Made by a program: the position numbers and the translations under genes | The notes under the pieces: generated by a model | Seen by the model: only the letters and a program-made list of their open reading frames with translations | Database searches by the model: none | Told to the model about the DNA's origin: nothing | Assembly: GCA_041548245.1 (NCBI GenBank) | Contig: JBFESZ010000022.1 | Span: forward strand, 1-26,213 | Source: Sulfurimonadaceae bacterium | Lineage (GTDB): Bacteria > Campylobacterota > Campylobacteria > Campylobacterales > Sulfurimonadaceae | Length of the DNA: 26,213 nucleotides | Reading direction: 5' to 3' | Shown here: in pieces, positions 8,308 through 16,720 of the stretch | Layout: each line of letters begins with the position of its first letter | Numbering within the stretch: position 1 is the stretch's first letter

Positions 8308-9051
8308 TCAGCTGATCCTATTGAGCAGCTCTTTGCAGAAGGCTTTATAATCCTTCATCCCTTTGGTTCGCTTTTCCATAAGCACAATTGGTTCGCCGGA
8401 CTCAAACTGTTGTGCAAGTTTGATGTCGGTTCCAATAGGAGCAAAGACCTTTGACTTTCCAAAAGCCCCCTGCACTTTTTGCAGGGACTCTTTGTGCTCG
8501 TTGATGTGAGGGTTATACATCACCGGCAACATACCCACATGCTGAATCTCCGCATTCATCTGTGTGGACATCTGATAAACTGCACGTACCATCTGTCCAA
8601 CGGCAACAACGCCAAGGTGATGGGGAACAAAAGGAATTACAACGACATCAGCGACTTCAAGTGAGTTCTTTAGTAAGGCATCGAACGTTGGTGCGGTATC
8701 AATAATACAGTAATCAAAAAAATCGCCCACTTTCTCTTTTTTAAAACGGTTCTTTAATACCCCTCGCAAATCAGAGTATTCATAGACGTCGAACAGAGCA
8801 TGTGCCGGGGCCAAGGTAAGATTGTTTAATACAGTAGGGACAAAGTTCTCGCTCAAGGTCTTTCCAAAAAAGATAGAGTGTGAACCTCCATCCTCCATCG
8901 GTGCTGAACCGACACCGATGGAGGCATGCCCTTGCGTGTCGAAATCTATAAGAAGCACAGAGTGTGTTTTGGCAAGTTCTGTGGCGAGATTGACTGCCGT
9001 TGTCGTCTTAGCCGAGCCACCTTTTCGGTTAGATATGACAATAGTTTTCAT
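8308..9051 (-). CDS. ParA/MinD-family ATPase (orphan, chemosensory-cluster associated)
   Basis: Deviant Walker A SNRKGGSAKTT, LLIDFDTQG, IIDTAP, ADVVVIP. Confidence 0.9.
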   Translation of the reverse strand: MKTIVISNRKGGSAKTTTAVNLATELAKTHSVLLIDFDTQGHASIGVGSAPMEDGGSHSIFFGKTLSENFVPTVLNNLTLAPAHALFDVYEYSDLRGVLKNRFKKEKVGDFFDYCIIDTAPTFDALLKNSLEVADVVVIPFVPHHLGVVAVGQMVRAVYQMSTQMNAEIQHVGMLPVMYNPHINEHKESLQKVQGAFGKSKVFAPIGTDIKLAQQFESGEPIVLMEKRTKGMKDYKAFCKELLNRIS

Positions 9052-9110
9052 GAGTTACTTTTTAATGGTTTTATTAGCAGGATTATACCCAATGCTCTTC
9101 ATGAAGTAAA

Positions 9111-9377
9111 TTATAGATTACACTCACCTACATCAAATCCTTCTATGATTTTTTGATAGATTCTAGGCGTGGAAGCAAACTCAAACTTACAGCTATAAAG
9201 CTTTTTATACGCCAGAATCTGCTGAATTACAGAGAGGTGTACATCATCACAATCACTCAAATCAAAAACAAGCTCTTCGGGTGCAAGTGTATTCAGTTGA
9301 TCACGCAGTTGTAAGACTTCATCTTCATAGATGACCCCTGTCAAAGTTATATTATTCCCTTTAGATTCAATTGGCAT
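9111..9377 (-). CDS. STAS-like small protein
   Basis: 88 aa, ITLTG...LVFDLSDCDDVHLSVIQ; TAATG overlap with the upstream cheW. Confidence 0.7.
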   Translation of the reverse strand: MPIESKGNNITLTGVIYEDEVLQLRDQLNTLAPEELVFDLSDCDDVHLSVIQQILAYKKLYSCKFEFASTPRIYQKIIEGFDVGECNL

Positions 9378-10153
9378 TATGCACTCCTTTTCTCGAGTGA
9401 GATATCTTTGATGATAGTCACTAGTTTTTTATTATGTGACAAGATAGCTGCAACATTCATAAAATCACCCATGTGCTGTACATCCTGTACCTCATGTAAT
9501 TCAGTTTCTTCTACATGTACAATATCTTCTACAGCATCGATATTAAGCCCAATAAAACCACCCTTGTCATCCCCTATAATCAAACAGCGCTGTAGTCCAG
9601 CCGCAACTGTAGCCGAAAGATCAGAGACCTTAGACAAGCAATCAAGTGTGTTCATATAATGTTCATTCACACTAGTCTCTATCAACTCTTTTGCTTCATC
9701 AATAGAGACATTTCGTTTTTCCAAGACATCAACAGCAGAGATATGCAGGTTCTGATGATAATAACTAAGTTTTTTCATCAAAACAAGGACCTCTTCATTA
9801 TCGGGGTGGAAAGAGTCTATCCATTTTCCCAGTTCACAGACGTGAGGATCAGTCGTATCCGAAAAAGACTCTCCCGTCTCTACACTCTGCTTAAGAGTCT
9901 CTAACCACTCTTTATGCTGAGACTCCAGTATGGGAAACATCTCTTGCAACTGTTCTTCATAACTATTTTGTCCTATTGCTTTTCGAAAGCTGATCACCTT
10001 CAGAACACTCTCTTCATACTGAAACATGCCTTCGATATGCTCACCTTCATCAGGTATCTCGGTCAGTTCCTGTGCCGGCAAGATACGTTTTACACTTTCG
10101 ATATCAATACCATAATATTGACCTAGTACAGAAAAGATAACAAAGGACCTCAT
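9377..10153 (-). CDS. cheW: CheW-like adaptor with inserted CZB (chemoreceptor zinc-binding) domain
   Basis: CheW N-part (YGIDIESVKRIL...IEGM), CZB residues H80, C106 (CELGKW), H133, H137, then CheW C-part (IGLNIDAVEDIV). ATGA overlap with cheA. Confidence 0.85.
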   Translation of the reverse strand: MRSFVIFSVLGQYYGIDIESVKRILPAQELTEIPDEGEHIEGMFQYEESVLKVISFRKAIGQNSYEEQLQEMFPILESQHKEWLETLKQSVETGESFSDTTDPHVCELGKWIDSFHPDNEEVLVLMKKLSYYHQNLHISAVDVLEKRNVSIDEAKELIETSVNEHYMNTLDCLSKVSDLSATVAAGLQRCLIIGDDKGGFIGLNIDAVEDIVHVEETELHEVQDVQHMGDFMNVAAILSHNKKLVTIIKDISLEKRSA

Positions 10154-12879
10154 GAGACTTCCTCTAATGGAACCTGGAGTTGTGAAGAGATACCCAAAAG
10201 ACCTACAGGGTCTATCATCATAATAATCTGCCCATTTCCAAGAAGAGCTGTTCCGCTGAATATCGGATGTCCTTGCAGCATTCCCAGCAGAGGCTTTTGC
10301 ACAACATCAAGCTGTCCAAGAAGCTGATTGACAACAACAGCGAGCAGGTTACCCTTGATATTAAGAACGACGATACTCAACTCTTTGTTCTTGATCTCTT
10401 CCAAGTCAAGCATTGAGTTGATGAACAGCAGTGGGATCACCTCACCTCTAAGATAGATAAACGGTTCATTATGTAAGGCCTCTATCTCACTCTTCTCTAT
10501 TTTGACAGTCTCTTGTACAGAATCCATTGGGAAACCATAATGCACACCGCTCATCTCTACATGAAGAAGAGATGTTACCGCCAATGATACCGGTATAGCC
10601 AGAGTGATTGTTGTACCTACATTTGCCTCAGTGCGAATCGATATACTTCCGCCAAAACTCTCAATTGATTTTTTAACGACATCCATACCTACACCACGCC
10701 CACTAAATTCGGTAATGGATTCAGCTGTGGACAGACCTGCCAATAAGACAAGTTCTGCTCTGCCATTATCATCAAGAGCATCGATTTGGTCCATACTCAT
10801 CAACCCTTTTTCAATGACTTTTTGAATAACACGTTCTACATTGATACCTGCACCATCATCCTTAATCTCGACGATGATCTTGTCAGACTGGGCATAGGCT
10901 TTTAGGTTGACATTCCCTTCAGGGTTTTTACCTTTGGCAATACGTACGTCAGGAAGTTCAATACCGTGATCAAGCGAGTTTCTCATGATATGGATCATCG
11001 GATCGGCAAGCATCTCGATAATATTCTTGTCCAGCTTGGTGTCACCGCCCTCCATGTGTAAATTGACCTTCTTGTCCAGCTTCTTTGTAATATCTCTGAC
11101 CAGTTTAGGATAACGGTCAAACACATAGGAGATAGGCAGCATACGCATCGACATGATAAGGTCTTGCAGTTGTTCTGAAAGACGATTGATAAAAGTGTAT
11201 TTCTCCATAATGGCACGTTTGACATCTTCAGGAGTCATCTCATGCACACCATCAGCCAGATATGGCAATGAGTTTTTAGCAACCAGTAACTCACCGATGA
11301 TATTCATCAAGGAATCAACAGACTCTTGTTCGATTTTGACTGTTTTTCCAATGACATTGCGTTTTGACTCCGTCTTAGCAGCCGGTTCAACTTGAGTACG
11401 TGGTTCTTCCTGGGCAACTTCAATTTTCGGTGCTTCTTCTGTTACTACCGGATTCTCTGTTACTGGAGTCATTTGATGATCAACGCTAGGTTCTTCTTCA
11501 AACACAGCTTCTTGAATAATCTCCTCTGGAACAGGTTCTTCCAGACTCACTTCAGGGATTTCATCACTGACAAGAGCCGATGCGAAGGCCATCAATTCAT
11601 CTTTGTTAGAGACACCTTCCATACTCTCACCAAGTGACTGTGCTGTTCTTTCTAATATCATCTTGACACGTTCAAATACAGCTTCATCATCAGAAGCTTC
11701 CAACTGCATCAGTTGTTGAGAAACTATGCTTCTCGCGCTTTCACGCGTAGCTTCATCTATGACCGGTTTTATCATCTGAGCAGGTTCCGCTTTTGATTCT
11801 GCATTAGTACTCACCTCGCCGGAAAAGACCCTACCACTATGTAGCCCGTCAAAAAAGTTGCTTAGAGGCTGAAGGTCATCTGTGCACTCCATGATATCAA
11901 CAAAACGTTTGAGTTGAGCATACTGAATCGTATCCTCTCCAATAAGCCCCAGTGACTCATCAATCAATGCTTTAAGCTTCTCTTTGGATGTCAGCTCTTT
12001 CTTCGCATTGGCACTAAGCTCTTTCATTACATCAAGCTCATGAACTTCACCTTTACTCACGCCCAAGAGAGTGACAATATCAAGCGGTAAAAAGATCAAT
12101 TCATCCATAAAGTTATACAAGGCCTCTTCAATCTCGTCATACCCTGCCTCAACAAAAGCAATAATCTGTAGACTCAGGCCGAGTCCCTCGTCCTCATCAT
12201 CAATACCGCTGATTACCGACTTGGCCGCTTCCTCCTCCATACAAGAGTAGACGTACTTGACCTTATCACCCAGAAGAGAGAGCGTATAGGCAGGGTCATT
12301 ACCAAAGACCATACATGATGCATCAACATCGAAGACAATCGCATAAAAACGTACATCATTAAAGTTTTCTTCTGTGATTGCATCCATTTGAATCGGCAAA
12401 GATATTCCAGAACCAGCTAAGAAGTTAATAGGTAAATTGACAATCTTGGACTTATCCTGAAGCAAAGTCATAGGCATATTCCAAGCCTCTTTCTCACTGC
12501 TTTTACCCATTCTTTCACATAGCTCTTCGATAAGCGTATTGACAACCTCTTCATCTGCTTCTACAATATCTTCTGTATCTTCAGCGGCTTCTATAAGATT
12601 CATAACCTCATCAAAAGCATTGTATAAAGACTCAATGACCTCTTCAGTCGGAGCGACATCTCCATCACGAACCATATCTAGCAAATCTTCTGCATGATGC
12701 GTTATATCCTTAACAGAGTTGAAACCGACAATTCCAGAGCCCCCTTTAAGTGTATGTGCTGCTCTAAAGACCGCATTGACAAGTTCACTATCGCCTGAAC
12801 CAAGATTTTCAATGTTTTGGTCAATAAAAGCAAGGTTTTCTCTGGCTTCTTGTAAAAATGATTCTAATAATGGATTCAT
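10150..12879 (-). CDS. cheA: Chemotaxis histidine kinase CheA (909 aa, long central insertion)
   Basis: P1 FRAAHTLKG, P3 VDSLMNIIGEL, P4 HIMRNSLDHG / DDGAGI / GRGVGMDVV, C-terminal P5 CheW-like domain. Confidence 0.97.
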   Translation of the reverse strand: MNPLLESFLQEARENLAFIDQNIENLGSGDSELVNAVFRAAHTLKGGSGIVGFNSVKDITHHAEDLLDMVRDGDVAPTEEVIESLYNAFDEVMNLIEAAEDTEDIVEADEEVVNTLIEELCERMGKSSEKEAWNMPMTLLQDKSKIVNLPINFLAGSGISLPIQMDAITEENFNDVRFYAIVFDVDASCMVFGNDPAYTLSLLGDKVKYVYSCMEEEAAKSVISGIDDEDEGLGLSLQIIAFVEAGYDEIEEALYNFMDELIFLPLDIVTLLGVSKGEVHELDVMKELSANAKKELTSKEKLKALIDESLGLIGEDTIQYAQLKRFVDIMECTDDLQPLSNFFDGLHSGRVFSGEVSTNAESKAEPAQMIKPVIDEATRESARSIVSQQLMQLEASDDEAVFERVKMILERTAQSLGESMEGVSNKDELMAFASALVSDEIPEVSLEEPVPEEIIQEAVFEEEPSVDHQMTPVTENPVVTEEAPKIEVAQEEPRTQVEPAAKTESKRNVIGKTVKIEQESVDSLMNIIGELLVAKNSLPYLADGVHEMTPEDVKRAIMEKYTFINRLSEQLQDLIMSMRMLPISYVFDRYPKLVRDITKKLDKKVNLHMEGGDTKLDKNIIEMLADPMIHIMRNSLDHGIELPDVRIAKGKNPEGNVNLKAYAQSDKIIVEIKDDGAGINVERVIQKVIEKGLMSMDQIDALDDNGRAELVLLAGLSTAESITEFSGRGVGMDVVKKSIESFGGSISIRTEANVGTTITLAIPVSLAVTSLLHVEMSGVHYGFPMDSVQETVKIEKSEIEALHNEPFIYLRGEVIPLLFINSMLDLEEIKNKELSIVVLNIKGNLLAVVVNQLLGQLDVVQKPLLGMLQGHPIFSGTALLGNGQIIMMIDPVGLLGISSQLQVPLEEVS

Positions 12880-12888
12880 AGCAGCTCC

Positions 12889-13251
12889 TTATGGGATTAA
12901 AATTCTCAAATAGTTCTTCAATACTTCAGGCTTTATCGGTTTTGTCTCAAAAAGATTGGCACCTACTTTAAAAGCTTCTGTACGGTCCTCATCATGAGCC
13001 TGAGTTGTAATCATAATAATAGGAGTCATTGCATAAACCGGTTCTTTACGTATCTCTTGTACAAATGAGTACCCATCCATAATAGGCATATTGACATCCA
13101 CGAGATACAAAGCGATGTCTGAGTCGAGACTCCTTTCGAGAGCTTCCATCCCGTTTTCAGCTTCCACGACTTCAAAACCCATCTCTTTAAGTAAAGAACC
13201 GTGATACATCCGTACCGTTTTTGAATCATCCACTACCATTACTTTCATCAT
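12889..13251 (-). CDS. cheY: CheY-like single-domain response regulator
   Basis: VMVVDDS, LVDVNMPIMDG, IIMITT, TKP. Confidence 0.9.
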   Translation of the reverse strand: MMKVMVVDDSKTVRMYHGSLLKEMGFEVVEAENGMEALERSLDSDIALYLVDVNMPIMDGYSFVQEIRKEPVYAMTPIIMITTQAHDEDRTEAFKVGANLFETKPIKPEVLKNYLRILIP

Positions 13252-13257
13252 TCTCTC

Positions 13258-13647
13258 CTAAAAAAACTCTATTTCATTATCTTCTGATGGATTTTTAAGA
13301 TGGCCGCTAAAAGCCTCTTTTTTCGCTTTTGCCTCATCCAACACTGAATTCATCTTTGCGCGCAGTTTGATCACACTGTCATCCGCTATCTTTTCATCTT
13401 CTTTAAACGTATGAGAGAACATCTGTAAGTTTTTTTGTACCAACTCAATTGCTTCGATCGTTGCCGAAAGTTGCTGTGAGACAATATCTTGATACTGCAG
13501 AGCTTCCGCCGCATCATCATCTAACTCGATATTTTGATTTTCCATAAACGTGGAAAGTTTCATCTGTGCTTCCTTAGATATCTTAATCGTATCTTTTTCC
13601 ACTTCCTTGATATGTTCTAACAGTTCATGCAGTGAATCAAATATCAT
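13258..13647 (-). CDS. Small coiled-coil protein with CheZ-like DxxxQ motif
   Basis: ALQYQDIVSQQL resembles the CheZ active-site QDxxxQ; lies between two cheY genes; ends EDNEIEFF. Confidence 0.65.
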   Translation of the reverse strand: MIFDSLHELLEHIKEVEKDTIKISKEAQMKLSTFMENQNIELDDDAAEALQYQDIVSQQLSATIEAIELVQKNLQMFSHTFKEDEKIADDSVIKLRAKMNSVLDEAKAKKEAFSGHLKNPSEDNEIEFF

Positions 13648-13682
13648 GTTTTCCTACTTTCGAATAAATTATTTCAGTTCTA

Positions 13683-14063
13683 TTATGCTGGTAAACGCAA
13701 TACCCGTGTAATCGCTGATTTTAACTGTGTCGGATTAAAAGGTTTTACAATCCATCCTGTAAGACCCAATGCTTTCCCCTGCTGTTTCAACTCATCCTTT
13801 GTCTCTGTTGTCAACATCAACACCGGTGTACGTTTTGTTGCCGGAAGTTCACGTAAAGCTTTTAAAAGTTCCAGACCATTCATAACTGGCATATTAAGGT
13901 CGGTAATGATCAGATCAGGCACAACACCCGCCTTCACATCAGCTAAACACAGTTGTGCCTCAAGATATTGTTTTACTTCTATTGGCATTGATGAAACCGT
14001 CATACGTGTTGAAGCTAAAGCTGTTTCAGAGTCATCGATAAACATAACGATTGGATTCGCCAT
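13683..14063 (-). CDS. cheY: CheY-like single-domain response regulator
   Basis: MFIDDS, IITDLNMPVMNG, LMLTTE, GWIVKPF. Confidence 0.92.
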   Translation of the reverse strand: MANPIVMFIDDSETALASTRMTVSSMPIEVKQYLEAQLCLADVKAGVVPDLIITDLNMPVMNGLELLKALRELPATKRTPVLMLTTETKDELKQQGKALGLTGWIVKPFNPTQLKSAITRVLRLPA

Positions 14064-14106
14064 AATTTTTTTCCTTTTTATTTAATATTCATTGGTTCTA
14101 TTTCAA

Positions 14107-14148
14107 AGAGCACCGATAGCTATCTTCAAAGATAGCTACCACTGCTCT
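14107..14148. repeat. Long imperfect intergenic inverted repeat between cheR and cheY
   Basis: AGAGCA-ccga-TAGCTATCT-tcaa-AGATAGCTA-ccac-TGCTCT. Confidence 0.75.
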
Positions 14149-14182
14149 CATCTGCTGCTTTTTAGGCATAAAAAAGAGACGA

Positions 14183-15004
14183 TCATTTCTGATAAATCAT
14201 CGTGCTTCCGAACTTTCTCGCCTTATAAACCGAGACAATACGAGACATGTACTCTGCGTGCCCTAAAAAAACGTACCCGCTCGGCTTTAACATGTCATAA
14301 AAGTTCATTGCCACCTCTTTTTTACTCGCATCATCAAAGTAGATCAACATGTTTCTAGAAAAGATAATATCAAATTTTCCCAACTCACGTATTTGGGCCC
14401 TATCAAATATATTGACAACTTTAAAGTCTACCGCGCCGATAAGATCATCGATAAGAGTGTATGAAAAACTTCCCTTTTTAAAGTACTTTGCCAATTGACC
14501 AGGAGGAATAGCATGGACTGAACGTTCTGAAAATTTTCCGTCTTGTGCCTTTTTGATAACATTTGAATCGATATCGATCCCTACAATCTCAATATCTCTT
14601 CGTTCAATCAGATTAGCCTCTTCAAGAAGATAAAGGACCATCGAGTAGGGTTCTTCTCCCGTAGAACAGGGAGCAGAAAGGATTCGAAGAGGTTCATCAC
14701 TCGGACGTATCTTGTCAAGCTGCGGTAAGACATCGTTGACCATCACCTCAAACTGATCATGCTCTCTGAAAAAATAGGTCTCGTTAACCGTGACGGCATT
14801 CATAAGGTTTTGAAATTCACTTCCATCTTTGTCTTCGAAACGAAGTCTAAAGAAGTACTTTCTAAAGTTTGATACCTCTAGCTCTTCAATACGATTGACG
14901 ACATATTTATTCAGCTTGTCATAATGCTTGCTGAGTTCAAGAAAGATCCCGCTTTTACGATAAATAAATTCAGCTAGCTTTTCAAAGTTTCCTTCATTAA
15001 ACAT
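14183..15004 (-). CDS. cheR: Chemotaxis methyltransferase CheR
   Basis: TVNETYFFRE, SAPCSTGEEPYS, GIDID, FDIIFSRNMLIYFD, LGHAE. Confidence 0.97.
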   Translation of the reverse strand: MFNEGNFEKLAEFIYRKSGIFLELSKHYDKLNKYVVNRIEELEVSNFRKYFFRLRFEDKDGSEFQNLMNAVTVNETYFFREHDQFEVMVNDVLPQLDKIRPSDEPLRILSAPCSTGEEPYSMVLYLLEEANLIERRDIEIVGIDIDSNVIKKAQDGKFSERSVHAIPPGQLAKYFKKGSFSYTLIDDLIGAVDFKVVNIFDRAQIRELGKFDIIFSRNMLIYFDDASKKEVAMNFYDMLKPSGYVFLGHAEYMSRIVSVYKARKFGSTMIYQK

Positions 15005-15005
15005 G

Positions 15006-15629
15006 CTAGGCCTCTATTGATTTAATAGCAGCATCAATGGCAAAAGCCGCATAACTTTCATCCTTAAAACGCTCCTTGACTCGTCTAAGAAGTTCAACGT
15101 CTTCAGGCTGCCCTATTTCAGCCATATAGTCTACTGCCGTCATCGCAACATTTATATTTTGCTCATTCTCCAGTAATTCAATCAGCATATCACGTGACTC
15201 AGCAAAGTTCACATCTCCCAAGACATTGATAGCGAAAATACGAAGGTCATAATCATCTCCGATTAGAAACTTTACAATATAATACTTTATCTCCTGACCA
15301 TAATCCTGTAAGATAGAGATACCCAAATTACGGATATAGGCATTTGAAAGCTTTAGCAACTCCATAACCTGTTCAATTGGTGCTTCTTTGGGATCAAGCT
15401 GTGACAAGATCGCTGCTATACGTGCTGCCGTATCCTTATGCGTAGTTCGTTCGATAAGCTTGTCTACTAAGAAGTGTGCACCGTCTTTGAACTTGACCAT
15501 TTCTTCAAGTGCATACGACTTTTCATCAAAAGCTTCCGTACTTTCATAAAAACTGATCGCCTCTTCTAAGCTGCTAAAGGCAGGCAGTTCTTTGACTTCA
15601 CTCTTCGTATCTCTTTTAATCAATGCCAT
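15006..15629 (-). CDS. HEAT-repeat protein between cheB and cheR
   Basis: Helical repeats NAYIRNLGISIL, DYDLRIFAINVLG, NINVAMTAVDYMAEIG; GGAGAG RBS. Confidence 0.85.
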   Translation of the reverse strand: MALIKRDTKSEVKELPAFSSLEEAISFYESTEAFDEKSYALEEMVKFKDGAHFLVDKLIERTTHKDTAARIAAILSQLDPKEAPIEQVMELLKLSNAYIRNLGISILQDYGQEIKYYIVKFLIGDDYDLRIFAINVLGDVNFAESRDMLIELLENEQNINVAMTAVDYMAEIGQPEDVELLRRVKERFKDESYAAFAIDAAIKSIEA

Positions 15630-15652
15630 TGGCTCTCCTATTCAAGCTTCAT

Positions 15653-16720
15653 CTATTTCAGATTAACTATTTTCTTTCTTATCTCTTCAAAGTCCAATAC
15701 CTGAGAGGCCCCGCCTCTCTCATAGGCCTCTTTCGGCATTCCGTAGACAGTGCATGACTCTTCAGACTCGGCAAGAGTATAACCGCCACCTTTTTTAATC
15801 TTCACCATGCCATCAGCACCATCATCTCCAATACCGGTCAAGAGCACACCGACTATCTTGTTTGCCGGAAAAACTTTTAAAGCCGAATCAAACATCTCAT
15901 CCACCGCAGGCTGAAAGAAACGACCATTTTTGTCCTGATCGTTATAAGTCACTATCTTGCCTGAGGTTTTTTTGCGAAAATGCATATGTACCCCACCTTT
16001 TGCAAGATAAATATGTCCAGGTAAAACTTCATCATTGTTCGATGATTCATGTACCGGAGCGATGGCAACGCGGGCAAGGCGTTCGGCAAAAGCTCGTGTA
16101 AACTGTTCAGGCATATGCTGAACAATACAGATAGGATGAGGATAGCCCAAAGGTATCGAGGCAACGATTCTTTCAACAAGTCCCGGCCCGCCTGTAGAGA
16201 CACCTATTAACACAATTTTATCAATATCTTTAGAACTCTTTTGCGGTATATTCTGCTCTTCGTATTGACGTCTTGAACGTCGTTCGCGAGTAATTTCAGG
16301 CACCTTCTCTGGAGTTTTTAACCGTCGACGCGGAATACGGCTGAGCGATTTTATTTTTTGAATAATTTCCTTGCCGCTTTCTTCAACGCCGACATTCATT
16401 GTTCCCGGTTTTAAAATAAAATCTATTGCACCGAGTTCCATCGCTTCTACCGTGATGGATGCATTTTCAGAAGTTAAAGAACTCACCATCAGAATAGCTG
16501 TCGGGTTCTTTTTCATGATCTCTTTAACTGCGGAAAGACCATCAAGTACAGGCATATTGATATCCATGGTTATAACATCATAGTTCTTGGCGAGAGCCTT
16601 ATCAATAGCCTCTTGACCATTCTTTGCAATATCGATTTCAAAATCAAGATCTTCTATCAGTGACCTTAGTTGTTTACGAACCAATGCTGAATCATCGACA
16701 ATTAGCACCTTTTTACTCAA
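15653..16720 (-). CDS. cheB: Chemotaxis methylesterase CheB (REC + esterase)
   Basis: VLIVDDS, TMDINMP, catalytic GVSTGGP, VQHMP, LTGIGDDGA, YGMP. TTG start overlaps the upstream stop. Confidence 0.97.
   Translation of the reverse strand: MSKKVLIVDDSALVRKQLRSLIEDLDFEIDIAKNGQEAIDKALAKNYDVITMDINMPVLDGLSAVKEIMKKNPTAILMVSSLTSENASITVEAMELGAIDFILKPGTMNVGVEESGKEIIQKIKSLSRIPRRRLKTPEKVPEITRERRSRRQYEEQNIPQKSSKDIDKIVLIGVSTGGPGLVERIVASIPLGYPHPICIVQHMPEQFTRAFAERLARVAIAPVHESSNNDEVLPGHIYLAKGGVHMHFRKKTSGKIVTYNDQDKNGRFFQPAVDEMFDSALKVFPANKIVGVLLTGIGDDGADGMVKIKKGGGYTLAESEESCTVYGMPKEAYERGGASQVLDFEEIRKKIVNLK

Noticed and set aside
14092-14358. 88-aa plus-strand ORF spanning the intergenic hairpin
   Set aside because: Antisense to cheR, no RBS, no motif.
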